Shown piece after piece: positions 1-8,683 of a stretch of DNA of 64,000 nucleotides. The notes under the pieces are model-generated. The model worked only from the letters and a program-made list of their open reading frames with translations. It searched no databases and was not told where the DNA came from. The stretch comes from an uncultured Sangeribacter sp. (lineage in GTDB: Bacteria; Bacteroidota; Bacteroidia; Bacteroidales; Muribaculaceae): contig CAYSMP010000001.1 in NCBI GenBank assembly GCA_964432215.1, positions 2,292 through 66,291 of the forward strand. The letters are read 5' to 3'. The translations under genes were made by a program, and so were the position numbers. The number at the start of each line of letters is the position of its first letter. The stretch's first letter is position 1.

Positions 1-132
1 TCTATAGAAATCAAACTTAAAATTTTGTTGATTCAACTATTTTTTCTAACTTTACAAGAGAAATACTGAGAGATTTATCATCCGAGATACAATTATAGAA
101 TTTCAACTAAATAAGGATAAAAATTCTTATAA

Positions 133-924
133 ATGAATCAATACAATATATATATTCCTCTTCTTAAAAAGTATTGTAAGTCGAATTTGGATAATGTACT
201 GAATTCAGGCTACCCATATATACCTTTTTTGCCGGTGGCATTTCCAAATTATGAAAATAATAATCCCAAAATATTCTATGTTGGGCTCGAGCCATACTAC
301 TGGAATAGATCTACTCAATTATTAATTAAAAGTTATAGGGAGAACAAGCTAGAAGAAATCATAGAGATGAATAATAAAGAAGTGACACCCGAACGTATTC
401 TGATAGAATGGCGCGAAAATAAGGGGCGTTTCTTGGAATTTGTATGTAAACTACATCTTTATATTCGAACAAAAAACATCTATTCAACATCTGATTTAAA
501 ACATTTGTCTCGAGATGAAGAAGAATTGATAAAAGAAATAGGATGGGGTAATATGAACAGCATCGAATTTCGTCATACGCTTCAAAAGGAAGGCAATTGG
601 AATAGGGTGTTGCCTAAACAATATTATGCATTAAAACATACTTCCGAAGAAATCTTAGATCCTATAATCAATATCATCAAAGCTTATAATCCCGATTACA
701 TAGTACTAATGGGTTGGGGGGAAAGGGAAGATCATGTTTTTAAGGGATTGCAAGTGGATGCTCACGACGAATACTTGGAAAAAAATTATAGAGCAATTTA
801 TACTACACCAGAGTATGGAACAAAAATAATTTGGACTTCCCATCCCTACAGATTCAGTTTTCTGGGCATTACTCAAAATGAAATGTTACAATTTATAGGA
901 AATTGCTTTCGACTGTTTTCATGA
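133..924 (+). CDS. Uracil-DNA glycosylase (UDG) superfamily-like protein
   Basis: 263-aa ORF with UDG-fold-like motifs in the expected order: KIFYVGLEP (motif A-like), NPDYIVLMG, IIWTSHP (motif B HP). AT-rich DNA. Confidence 0.55.
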   Translation: MNQYNIYIPLLKKYCKSNLDNVLNSGYPYIPFLPVAFPNYENNNPKIFYVGLEPYYWNRSTQLLIKSYRENKLEEIIEMNNKEVTPERILIEWRENKGRFLEFVCKLHLYIRTKNIYSTSDLKHLSRDEEELIKEIGWGNMNSIEFRHTLQKEGNWNRVLPKQYYALKHTSEEILDPIINIIKAYNPDYIVLMGWGEREDHVFKGLQVDAHDEYLEKNYRAIYTTPEYGTKIIWTSHPYRFSFLGITQNEMLQFIGNCFRLFS

Positions 925-975
925 ACGATCGATTGTTTTCTTAATCAGTAATTATTATATCAAAAATTATCTAAA

Positions 976-3285
976 ATGAAGACAATAAAAATATTTGTAG
1001 CTTCATCCGAAGAACTTAGATTGGAACGTTTAGAATTGAGTGATATAGTTGCTAATTTGAATTATATTCTTAATAAGCTTGACATCAATATAATTCTCGT
1101 GAAATGGGAATATATGGATGCATCGATGGGAACAGCTCATAAACAGGAGGAATATAATGATAATCTGAAAGATTGCGAGATTTGTCTTGTATTATACTGG
1201 ACAAAATTCGGTCTATATACCAAGACAGAGTTAGACGTGGCCTATAATGAGCTTAAGGCAGGACATAATCCTCATAAGCTATATGTATATTTTAAGGATT
1301 CAAATGAAAAGGAGATCAGTGACGAATTAAAGGAATTTCGCGATAGCTTCCCTACAGATTACGGCCATTTCCAATGCGTTTTCTCAAATGTGGATGCCCT
1401 CAAGACTCATTTCTTACTGCAGTTCCTTGAATACCAAAGTGGAGTCCTAAAAAACTCAAAAATTGTAGATTTCCAAGATTCCAAAATAATGCTTGGAGGC
1501 AAACCTTATGCAAATTTAATGAATGTTTCTTTTGCAGGGAATAATGAGGAATACTCACAACTTCTTAAATCAATCAAAAAGACAAGGAAAATCCTTGCAG
1601 TTTTAGAGGTGGATGATGCTGAATATTCGGAATACGCTAATGAACTGCAAGATTTATTGAAGCGACAGCAGAAAATGGAGGAAAGTCTGTGGGAAACAGC
1701 CTTGCTGATTACCAAACTTAGCGCTACGGCCAGTTCGGAACGCCTGCAACGAGCCATTGATCTTTTTAATAACGGAGACAACAAGGGTGCAAACGCTGTA
1801 CTAAATGAGGAAGAAATTGCTCATGACGTACAGCATAACCTGCATCTAATGGAACTTGGAGAGCAAGGAAGAAAAGGACTTCAGAGCAATCTTGAGGAGT
1901 ATCAACTGAAAATCAAAACTGTTAAAAATGAAATGGCGGAAGGATGGGGAGAGAAGGTTTTAGCAATACACGAACAATTAATAAAATTGGCAGAAAAACT
2001 ATATGAATCCGACTCAGTAGAATATTCGGAAATATTATTGTCTGCTTCTATGGATTATAATAATTTAGGGGATTTTTATATTGCAAGTACCCTTGTATCT
2101 AAAGGTTTGAATATAATTTTAGGCAAATTTGGAGAAAACAATTTAAAAGTGGCAGATTTTTATAATGCTATAGGGGGTATAAATTATTCGATGGGGAATT
2201 ATAATGAAGCTTTGAATAATTATAACAAAGCTTTAAAATTATGGATAAAAAATTTTGATGAACATCAACAAAATGTAGCTATAGCCTACAATAATATTGG
2301 CAGTATCTATTACACTAAGGAGGATTATATAAATGCTTTGAAATATTCTAAAAAATCAGCAGACATAAGGATCAGCATATTTGGTAATCATCATCCAAGT
2401 GTGGCCGTATCATATAACAATATAGGAAAATTGTATCATTTGATGGATAATAATGAAAAAGCTTTGGAATACACTGAACAAGCTTTAAAAATTTGGGTTG
2501 ATTTTTATGGTCAACGACATCCAGATGTGGCTCTGGCGTATATAAATCTTGGAGATATAAATGAAGCTTTGGGAAATTATAAAAAAGCACTTGAATATGC
2601 AGAAAAAGCCTTAGATACACTACTTTCTATTTATGGTACTAAACATCCCGATGTTGCTCTTGCCTTTAATACTTTAGGTTATATTTATCATTCACTTGAA
2701 AATTATCATGAAGCCCGTAACAATTATGAGAAAGCACTTAAAATTGATCTAAATTTTTTCGAAGAAAATAATCCTAAGTTGGCAACTTATTATTGGAATT
2801 TAGGACATCTTTCTTATGTACAAGGAGATTATATTAATTCGTTAGAATATTTTGAAAAATATTTAAGATTTGAATTAAAATCCACAGATAAAAACATCAC
2901 ACAACAATGTGAAATTGACGATAATATCTATTCTATCTATCTAGAATTAATCAATATAGATGAAAAATTTAAATTCAAATTCCATAAATTTATGGAAAAT
3001 AAGGTATTAATTGGAACGATAGACGAAGGGGATTGTCCGGCCGCTAAAATTGGGCTTAAAGGAGAATATATCATTTTTCAATTTGGAGATTGGAATTTTG
3101 ATGATGACAAGGATATTTTTGAAACAAAAAGCAAATCAAAAGATGTAGTTCTCTTTAAAGATTCCAAAATATTTCAACACCATTTCGATGGAAAAATCGG
3201 AATCACTCTTAGCCTAAAGGTCATTGATATCAAAGATAAGAATACTATATCGGAGATTTACAAAAATTGGAAAAAGCAGATGTAG
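976..3285 (+). CDS. TIR/DUF4062-like N-terminal domain + helical linker + 42-aa TPR array + small C-terminal (PDZ-like) domain
   Basis: N-terminus IKIFVASSEELRLER...WE...ICLVLYWTKFGLYTKTELDVA...LYVYFK resembles DUF4062/TIR/NDT. About 6 clear HPDVA..YNNIG-type TPRs. C-terminal CPAAKIGLKGEYII resembles the PDZ SPAAKAGLKPGDVI motif. Confidence 0.7.
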   Translation: MKTIKIFVASSEELRLERLELSDIVANLNYILNKLDINIILVKWEYMDASMGTAHKQEEYNDNLKDCEICLVLYWTKFGLYTKTELDVAYNELKAGHNPHKLYVYFKDSNEKEISDELKEFRDSFPTDYGHFQCVFSNVDALKTHFLLQFLEYQSGVLKNSKIVDFQDSKIMLGGKPYANLMNVSFAGNNEEYSQLLKSIKKTRKILAVLEVDDAEYSEYANELQDLLKRQQKMEESLWETALLITKLSATASSERLQRAIDLFNNGDNKGANAVLNEEEIAHDVQHNLHLMELGEQGRKGLQSNLEEYQLKIKTVKNEMAEGWGEKVLAIHEQLIKLAEKLYESDSVEYSEILLSASMDYNNLGDFYIASTLVSKGLNIILGKFGENNLKVADFYNAIGGINYSMGNYNEALNNYNKALKLWIKNFDEHQQNVAIAYNNIGSIYYTKEDYINALKYSKKSADIRISIFGNHHPSVAVSYNNIGKLYHLMDNNEKALEYTEQALKIWVDFYGQRHPDVALAYINLGDINEALGNYKKALEYAEKALDTLLSIYGTKHPDVALAFNTLGYIYHSLENYHEARNNYEKALKIDLNFFEENNPKLATYYWNLGHLSYVQGDYINSLEYFEKYLRFELKSTDKNITQQCEIDDNIYSIYLELINIDEKFKFKFHKFMENKVLIGTIDEGDCPAAKIGLKGEYIIFQFGDWNFDDDKDIFETKSKSKDVVLFKDSKIFQHHFDGKIGITLSLKVIDIKDKNTISEIYKNWKKQM
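2140..2880 (+). repeat. Intragenic TPR repeat array (42-aa / 126-bp period, ~6 units); coordinates approximate
   Basis: Repeated VA.(A/S)YNN(I/L)G...AL.Y..KAL units in the translation. Confidence 0.8.
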
Positions 3286-3342
3286 TTCTATTATAATACA
3301 GAAATAATACAGATTCTTAAGTGTTAATTTGATAATATCAAA

Positions 3343-3549
3343 ATGCTAATCGACGCAGAAGAACTCCGCCTCCAATGCAAGGACTGCGGAACGAAATACA
3401 AGCACATAATAGGCTACGGTCCCGTATACCCAAACGAATGGCTCCGCCAGAAAAGCTTGCGGGAATACCCTCCGCATTGCCCAAAATGCGGCTCCTCAAA
3501 CTTCAAGCGCCTCTCCCTGTGGGACAGCATTCTCGACTTCTTCAGCTGA
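3343..3549 (+). CDS. Small zinc-ribbon protein, copy 1 (CxxC...CxxC)
   Basis: 68 aa with CKDC...CPKCGS. 53/68 identical to 4203..4409, with many synonymous third-position differences. Confidence 0.8.
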   Translation: MLIDAEELRLQCKDCGTKYKHIIGYGPVYPNEWLRQKSLREYPPHCPKCGSSNFKRLSLWDSILDFFS

Positions 3550-3560
3550 TCAATACCCTC

Positions 3561-3612
3561 GCGTGTTTCCTAATAGCAGTGTTTTCGGTTGAGTGCAGCA
3601 ACCAAGGGTTGC
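3561..3612 (+). repeat. Conserved non-coding element downstream of zinc-ribbon copy 1
   Basis: 3561-3573 matches 4421-4433 (11/13) and 3577-3612 matches 4464-4499 (28/36). Confidence 0.65.
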
Positions 3613-3644
3613 CGAAAGTATCATCCCATTATTATCAATATCCC

Positions 3645-4095
3645 ATGCCAAAAATAGAATACCCAACCATATCCGACTCCGACATCCCTTCCGGCTCAGG
3701 AGGTATCAACCGCGAAGGCTATACCTTTGGCCAGCTGCGCCGGCAACCCATCATACCGGAAATAATGCGTGGCATTTGCAATCCGATAGTCAAGCGTTGG
3801 GCTGAGGAATGTAATGAACGAAATAGATGCGGCTTCGTGATGACAAAAGTTGAAGGTGAATATTGTTTTGACGGCCTTAGGGTAGGACCAAAGGTGAAAC
3901 TCCCATCGCGGGCAGAGTTATTTGCACTGATTGGCTCCAATCCGACGGCTGAAGATATCCGAAACGTGTCTTATAATCTCTTACGTGAAGAAATTGCACG
4001 TCAGACCGGAATGTCCGTCGCCAAAGCTGCTTCTATCCAACTGGGTTCACCGTTGGTTCCGCCACCGCGGCTACGTCTCAAGCATGTTAGATTGA
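3645..4095 (+). pseudogene. Frameshifted/internally deleted HNH-like (His-rich) nuclease-family gene
   Basis: ATG 3645 (MPKIEYPT...) reads to AKAASI at ~4037. The +1 frame then gives NWVHRWFRHRGYVSSMLD* (4039-4095), an HxxxxHxG motif like the C-terminus of HNH/EndoVII toxin nucleases. Confidence 0.5.
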
Positions 4096-4202
4096 TAATG
4101 GAGACATCTGTTCTGATCTCTATAGATAAATTAATTAAAGAATCATCTGAACACATTTGGGTAAATACTTATTTAAGTAGCATATTTTAATATAATAATG
4201 TA

Positions 4203-4409
4203 ATGATCATCGACGGAGAAGAACTGCGCCTGCAATGTAAGCAGTGTGGAACAAAATATAAACACATCATAGGCTACGGCCCAATATGTCCAAATGAATG
4301 GCTACGCCAGAAAAGATTGCAAGATAACCCTCCGGAATGCCCAAGATGTGGGTCCTCCAACTACAAACGCCTTTCCCTTGGTGGCAGCATCCTCGACCTC
4401 TTCAGCTAA
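4203..4409 (+). CDS. Small zinc-ribbon protein, copy 2
   Basis: 68 aa with CKQC...CPRCGS; paralog of 3343..3549. Confidence 0.8.
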   Translation: MIIDGEELRLQCKQCGTKYKHIIGYGPICPNEWLRQKRLQDNPPECPRCGSSNYKRLSLGGSILDLFS

Positions 4410-4420
4410 CATATCCCAGA

Positions 4421-4499
4421 GCGTGCTCCCTAAAAAAGAGCACGCGTCGATTTCTTCCAAAGTCAGTGGTTTCGGTTCAGTGTAGCACCCCGGCGTTAC
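4421..4499 (+). repeat. Conserved non-coding element downstream of zinc-ribbon copy 2, containing a hairpin
   Basis: Perfect 8-bp inverted repeat GCGTGCTC (4421-4428) / GAGCACGC (4438-4445), then a block homologous to 3577-3612. Confidence 0.65.
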
Positions 4500-4583
4500 T
4501 CACCCTTCCTCCACGCAAGCTCTTCGGAATATCTCTATGTGTTGACACAAAATCCTTAGAATCAAACCTCTCTAGATTTCTAT

Positions 4584-5903
4584 ATGAAAAAGATAGTTTC
4601 TACCATATTTTTATCATCAATCGTGCTATCAATGGCTGGATCTGTAAAATATATATCACCGACAGAGAAAACTGCCATCCCAATGCTTGCACCCGGCGAT
4701 ACACTTTGCTTTCTTCCAGGGACTCATCGTCCGGATGCATCTCAAATAATGATTACTTCCTCAAAAGGCCCATATGCTGTTGTGTACGACTTAAATATGT
4801 CAGGTGAATCAGACCGACCAATTGTTATCAAGGGAATCTTGGATGAGAACGGCAATCGTCCGGTGATAGATTTCAGTGATGTGACCTATACAGACCATGA
4901 AAATCCATCCGGTTATAGAATTACCGGATTCCTAATTACCGGATCGTATCTACATATATCAGATCTCGAATGTATTGGATTAAAAGTGACACGAACTGAT
5001 CATACGCAAAGCGAAAATTTCCGGATAAGCGGTGGAGCGTACAATATTATGGAAAATATATCATGCCATGACGGAATGGGAATAGGAGTCTATATAAATA
5101 ACGATTCCCATCATAACCTTATTCTTAATTGTGATGCATATAATAACTATGATCCCGTATCTGATATCAGTAGCCGAACCGGTGAAGGCTCAGGTGGAAA
5201 CAATGATGGTTTCGGTTGCCACGTGAAAGGAGATATGCAAGGAAATAAATTCATCGGATGTCGCGCATGGAGAAATAGCGACGATGGTTTCGACCTTATC
5301 AACTGCTATTCTCCTGTAGATATTTCTTATTGTATAGCCATCGAGAATGGTTTTGATTCTGATGGTAATAACCGTGCTGATGGCAATGGCGTGAAAAGTG
5401 GAGGATTTGGTATGAAACGTAGAGATATCTTTTTATATAAAGGGGAATCCCCAAGACATTCTATTTCTCACAATGTTGCAGTTAAAAACAAAGCTAATGG
5501 AATATATGCCAACCACCATTTAGGAGGGATCAACTTTTCAAACAACACTTCAATTGCAAATGGAAAATCAAATTTTTCTATGGTCAACAGAAAGGGTCCG
5601 GAGAAAGGGAATAATATAGATGTTGATGGCTACGGCCATATTCTCTCAGGCAACCTGTCCATTGCTCCTCAAGCACAACATACACTGTGGGTTAAGGATT
5701 ACCTTTCAGAAAATGAAGTGCGATGTTTTTCATATCCGTACGACCCCGACATTCAACTCCTATTGGCACCCCGCCAAAAAGATGGAATGTTGTCACCAGC
5801 AACCATAGAATACATTAATAGTCTTACAAGCGAGGGGAGCGGAGCCTCTTTCTCAAACTACCAAAAAAGCGTTCAAGAAGCCAAAAAGACTTTTGGGAAG
5901 TAG
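4584..5903 (+). CDS. Secreted right-handed beta-helix polysaccharide lyase (PL9/Pel9A-like)
   Basis: Signal peptide; motifs GGNNDGFGCH, CRAWRNSDDGFD, ADGNGVKSGG typical of PL9. Confidence 0.8.
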   Translation: MKKIVSTIFLSSIVLSMAGSVKYISPTEKTAIPMLAPGDTLCFLPGTHRPDASQIMITSSKGPYAVVYDLNMSGESDRPIVIKGILDENGNRPVIDFSDVTYTDHENPSGYRITGFLITGSYLHISDLECIGLKVTRTDHTQSENFRISGGAYNIMENISCHDGMGIGVYINNDSHHNLILNCDAYNNYDPVSDISSRTGEGSGGNNDGFGCHVKGDMQGNKFIGCRAWRNSDDGFDLINCYSPVDISYCIAIENGFDSDGNNRADGNGVKSGGFGMKRRDIFLYKGESPRHSISHNVAVKNKANGIYANHHLGGINFSNNTSIANGKSNFSMVNRKGPEKGNNIDVDGYGHILSGNLSIAPQAQHTLWVKDYLSENEVRCFSYPYDPDIQLLLAPRQKDGMLSPATIEYINSLTSEGSGASFSNYQKSVQEAKKTFGK

Positions 5904-6016
5904 GCAATTCATATTACCTCGGCAAGCCATGATCCGATGCTCCACTATACTCAACCACTCTACGTTAGCGTGATAGTTCCCGAAACAAAAGAGAACTATC
6001 GATTGTTTTTTATGGT

Positions 6017-6319
6017 ATGGCACAAGAACAAATTTCAATCCGGCAACATGAGTCTATCAATATTGGCAGACCTCGAAAATATTCAGTAGTTTTCCATAAT
6101 GACGATTTCACTACCATGGATTTTGTAGTGAAAGTCCTTAAGGAGGTTTTCTTTAAATCTGAGATAGAAGCAGTATCTATAATGATGGATGTTCATAAGA
6201 AAGGAAAAGGATTAGTCGGGTCCTACTCCTACGATTTAGCCTTGACCAAACAAGATCGCGCGACTTCCATGGCGCGTGAAGAAGGCTTTCCGTTGAGAAT
6301 AACTATACATCCTATCTAA
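6017..6319 (+). CDS. clpS: ATP-dependent Clp protease adaptor ClpS
   Basis: VVFHNDDFTTMDFVV...VH..GKG...FPL motifs; directly upstream of clpA. Confidence 0.95.
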   Translation: MAQEQISIRQHESINIGRPRKYSVVFHNDDFTTMDFVVKVLKEVFFKSEIEAVSIMMDVHKKGKGLVGSYSYDLALTKQDRATSMAREEGFPLRITIHPI

Positions 6320-6361
6320 TAATCCCAAAAAAACTCATAACTCCAATCTTAAAACTAAAAA

Positions 6362-8617
6362 ATGTCCACCCAACCCCAATATACCACTTCCAAAGAAGTG
6401 TCAAGACTATTCGAAGAAATGCATGTTCTTGCATATTCTCTTCGACATGAATATCTCTTGCCAGAACATGCCCTCCACATGCTATTGCAAGATTCAACAT
6501 TTTTATACGTTCTTAGGGAGTTTGGATGTGATATTGAATACATTCAACAAGAACTAAAGGAATATCTTGAATCTTTGGAGAAAGTACCCGAGGACATTGA
6601 TTATTCATTAAGTCTCTCTTCTCAGTTTTGCAAAGTCATGGAGGGAGTTATGATGCAACTTGCATCATCAGGCACCGATGAAATAAAAATTCCCCATATC
6701 GTATATCATTTTTTTGATTTAGAGGAGTCGATGGCAGCCTATCTTCTGACAGAAGCTATTGATGGCGATACAGGCATGTTTATGAGTGATTTGATATCAG
6801 CTTATGAATCCGTGGATAATGGTGCTGTGCCGACTGATCCCGAGATTGGGTCAACGAAGAAGAATGATTCTAAGGATAGTATACAATGGAAAGACTATGT
6901 GACTTGTGTCAATGACAATCTTGATGGCAAGAATCCATTGATAGGAAGGGAAAATGAGCTTGATAGGACCATACAGGTATTATGCCGCAAAGACAAGAAT
7001 AATCCTCTTCATATTGGCGAACCCGGAGTTGGCAAGACAGCACTTGTCTATGGGCTCGCCCGATTGATCAATGAGGGGAGAGTGCCTGAGAAACTGAAAG
7101 ACGCCCGAATCTTTAGCCTTGATATCGGGTCATTGCTTGCTGGAACACAGTTTCGCGGTGATTTCGAAAAAAGACTCAAGACCATAATGGAAGGTGTGTC
7201 AAAGGAGAAGAATGCCATTGTATATATCGATGAGATTCATAATCTTGTTGGAGCAGGAGCAACCGGGGAGGGGTCGATGGACGCCTCCAATATGCTTAAG
7301 CCATATCTCGAAAGCGGAGAAATCAGATTTATAGGCTCCACTACATATGATGAGTATAAACGTTATTTCGCAAAAAGTAAAGGTCTGGTCCGGCGGTTCA
7401 GTCGTATAGATATTGACGAACCTTCAGAAGAAGAGACAATAGATATTTTAAATCAATTGAAAGGTAACTATGAGAAGTATCATGGTGTGTCTTATCTTCC
7501 GGAAGCGATAGAATATGCAGTTAAGGGTAGTGTCAGACATATTACCGACCGTTTCCTGCCCGACAAGGCAATTGATCTTATTGATGAGGCTGGTGCATAC
7601 CGACAGACGCATTCCGCTGCTGATGATGAAAACAAATTGATTGATAAAGCCCTCATTGCTAATATACTTTCTAAAGTATGCAAAGTTGATGCAGTGGTAA
7701 TCAGTAAAGAATCAGTTTCTGCTCTTGCTACTCTTGAAGAACGGATCTCTGATAAGATTTATGGACAGGATGAAGCAGTGAATAAGGTAGTTGAGGCTGT
7801 CATGATGTCGAAAGTCGGACTTTCTGATGATGATAAACCTCTTGCTTCCCTTCTTTTTGTAGGACCTACCGGAACTGGCAAAACCGAGCTTGCCAAGACT
7901 CTTGCCAATGAGTTAGGTATTGGTTTCTTGAGATTTGATATGAGTGAATATTCCGAAAAACATGCAGTGGCTAAGTTGATAGGCTCTCCAGCCGGATATG
8001 TCGGTTATGAAGACGGAGGAATACTCACCGATTCGATTCGTAAGACTCCTGATTGCGTGCTTCTTCTCGATGAGATAGAGAAAGCTCATTCCGATATCTA
8101 TAATATACTTCTTCAGGTGATGGATTACGGTCGTCTTACCGATAACAAAGGCAATAAGGCTGATTTCAGAAATGTGATTCTGATTATGACTTCTAATGCA
8201 GGTGCAAGTTTTGCATCTCAAGCAAAGGTCGGTTTTGCAAGTTCAGTTACAGCCGGAAGAGCTATGCTTAAGCAAGTGAAGAAAACATTTCAACCCGAAT
8301 TCCTTAACAGGCTTTCAGCTACTGTTGTCTTCAATGAAATAGACAAGAAAATGGCATCATTAATACTTGCCAAGAAGCTTCGAGATCTTGAACTAAAACT
8401 CAAAGTAAAAAATGTAACACTATCTCTAAGTGATGAAGCAAAGGAATATTTGTTGACAGAAGGCTTTTCAAAGGAATATGGCGCCAGGGAAATCGAAAGA
8501 GTTATCGCAAGAAACTTAAAACCTATTCTTATGAGGGAAATTCTTTTCGGACAACTAAAAAATGGAGGTCAAGCAAATATTACTGTTTCTCCGAATGGAT
8601 TGTCAATCTCCCATTGA
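6362..8617 (+). CDS. clpA: ATP-dependent Clp protease ATPase ClpA
   Basis: Two AAA modules (GEPGVGKT, GPTGTGKT), no ClpB middle domain, clpS-clpA-aat context. Confidence 0.93.
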   Translation: MSTQPQYTTSKEVSRLFEEMHVLAYSLRHEYLLPEHALHMLLQDSTFLYVLREFGCDIEYIQQELKEYLESLEKVPEDIDYSLSLSSQFCKVMEGVMMQLASSGTDEIKIPHIVYHFFDLEESMAAYLLTEAIDGDTGMFMSDLISAYESVDNGAVPTDPEIGSTKKNDSKDSIQWKDYVTCVNDNLDGKNPLIGRENELDRTIQVLCRKDKNNPLHIGEPGVGKTALVYGLARLINEGRVPEKLKDARIFSLDIGSLLAGTQFRGDFEKRLKTIMEGVSKEKNAIVYIDEIHNLVGAGATGEGSMDASNMLKPYLESGEIRFIGSTTYDEYKRYFAKSKGLVRRFSRIDIDEPSEEETIDILNQLKGNYEKYHGVSYLPEAIEYAVKGSVRHITDRFLPDKAIDLIDEAGAYRQTHSAADDENKLIDKALIANILSKVCKVDAVVISKESVSALATLEERISDKIYGQDEAVNKVVEAVMMSKVGLSDDDKPLASLLFVGPTGTGKTELAKTLANELGIGFLRFDMSEYSEKHAVAKLIGSPAGYVGYEDGGILTDSIRKTPDCVLLLDEIEKAHSDIYNILLQVMDYGRLTDNKGNKADFRNVILIMTSNAGASFASQAKVGFASSVTAGRAMLKQVKKTFQPEFLNRLSATVVFNEIDKKMASLILAKKLRDLELKLKVKNVTLSLSDEAKEYLLTEGFSKEYGAREIERVIARNLKPILMREILFGQLKNGGQANITVSPNGLSISH

Positions 8618-8683
8618 ATATTCTGACATTACTTTTGAAACTGATATTGCAGACAATATCGAAAATCAAGCACCATTAATACA

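Noticed and set aside
3375-4190. 271-aa ORF as a single real gene
   Set aside because: Its first 90 codons overlap zinc-ribbon copy 1 out of frame plus the non-coding element. It is better explained as a frameshifted gene starting at 3645.
3343-4409. Zinc-ribbon duplicates as a DGR template/variable repeat pair
   Set aside because: Differences are largely synonymous and involve all bases rather than being adenine-specific, and no reverse transcriptase is in the window.
4404-4499. Integron attC site (…CTAAC…GCGTTA…)
   Set aside because: The ends do not fit RYYYAAC/GTTRRRY, there is no end-to-end palindrome, copy 1 lacks the TAAC, and no integrase is seen.
4493-4505. 13-mer GGGTGAGTAACGC (minus strand) resembling a 16S rRNA segment
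   Set aside because: No flanking rRNA similarity; too short to be meaningful.
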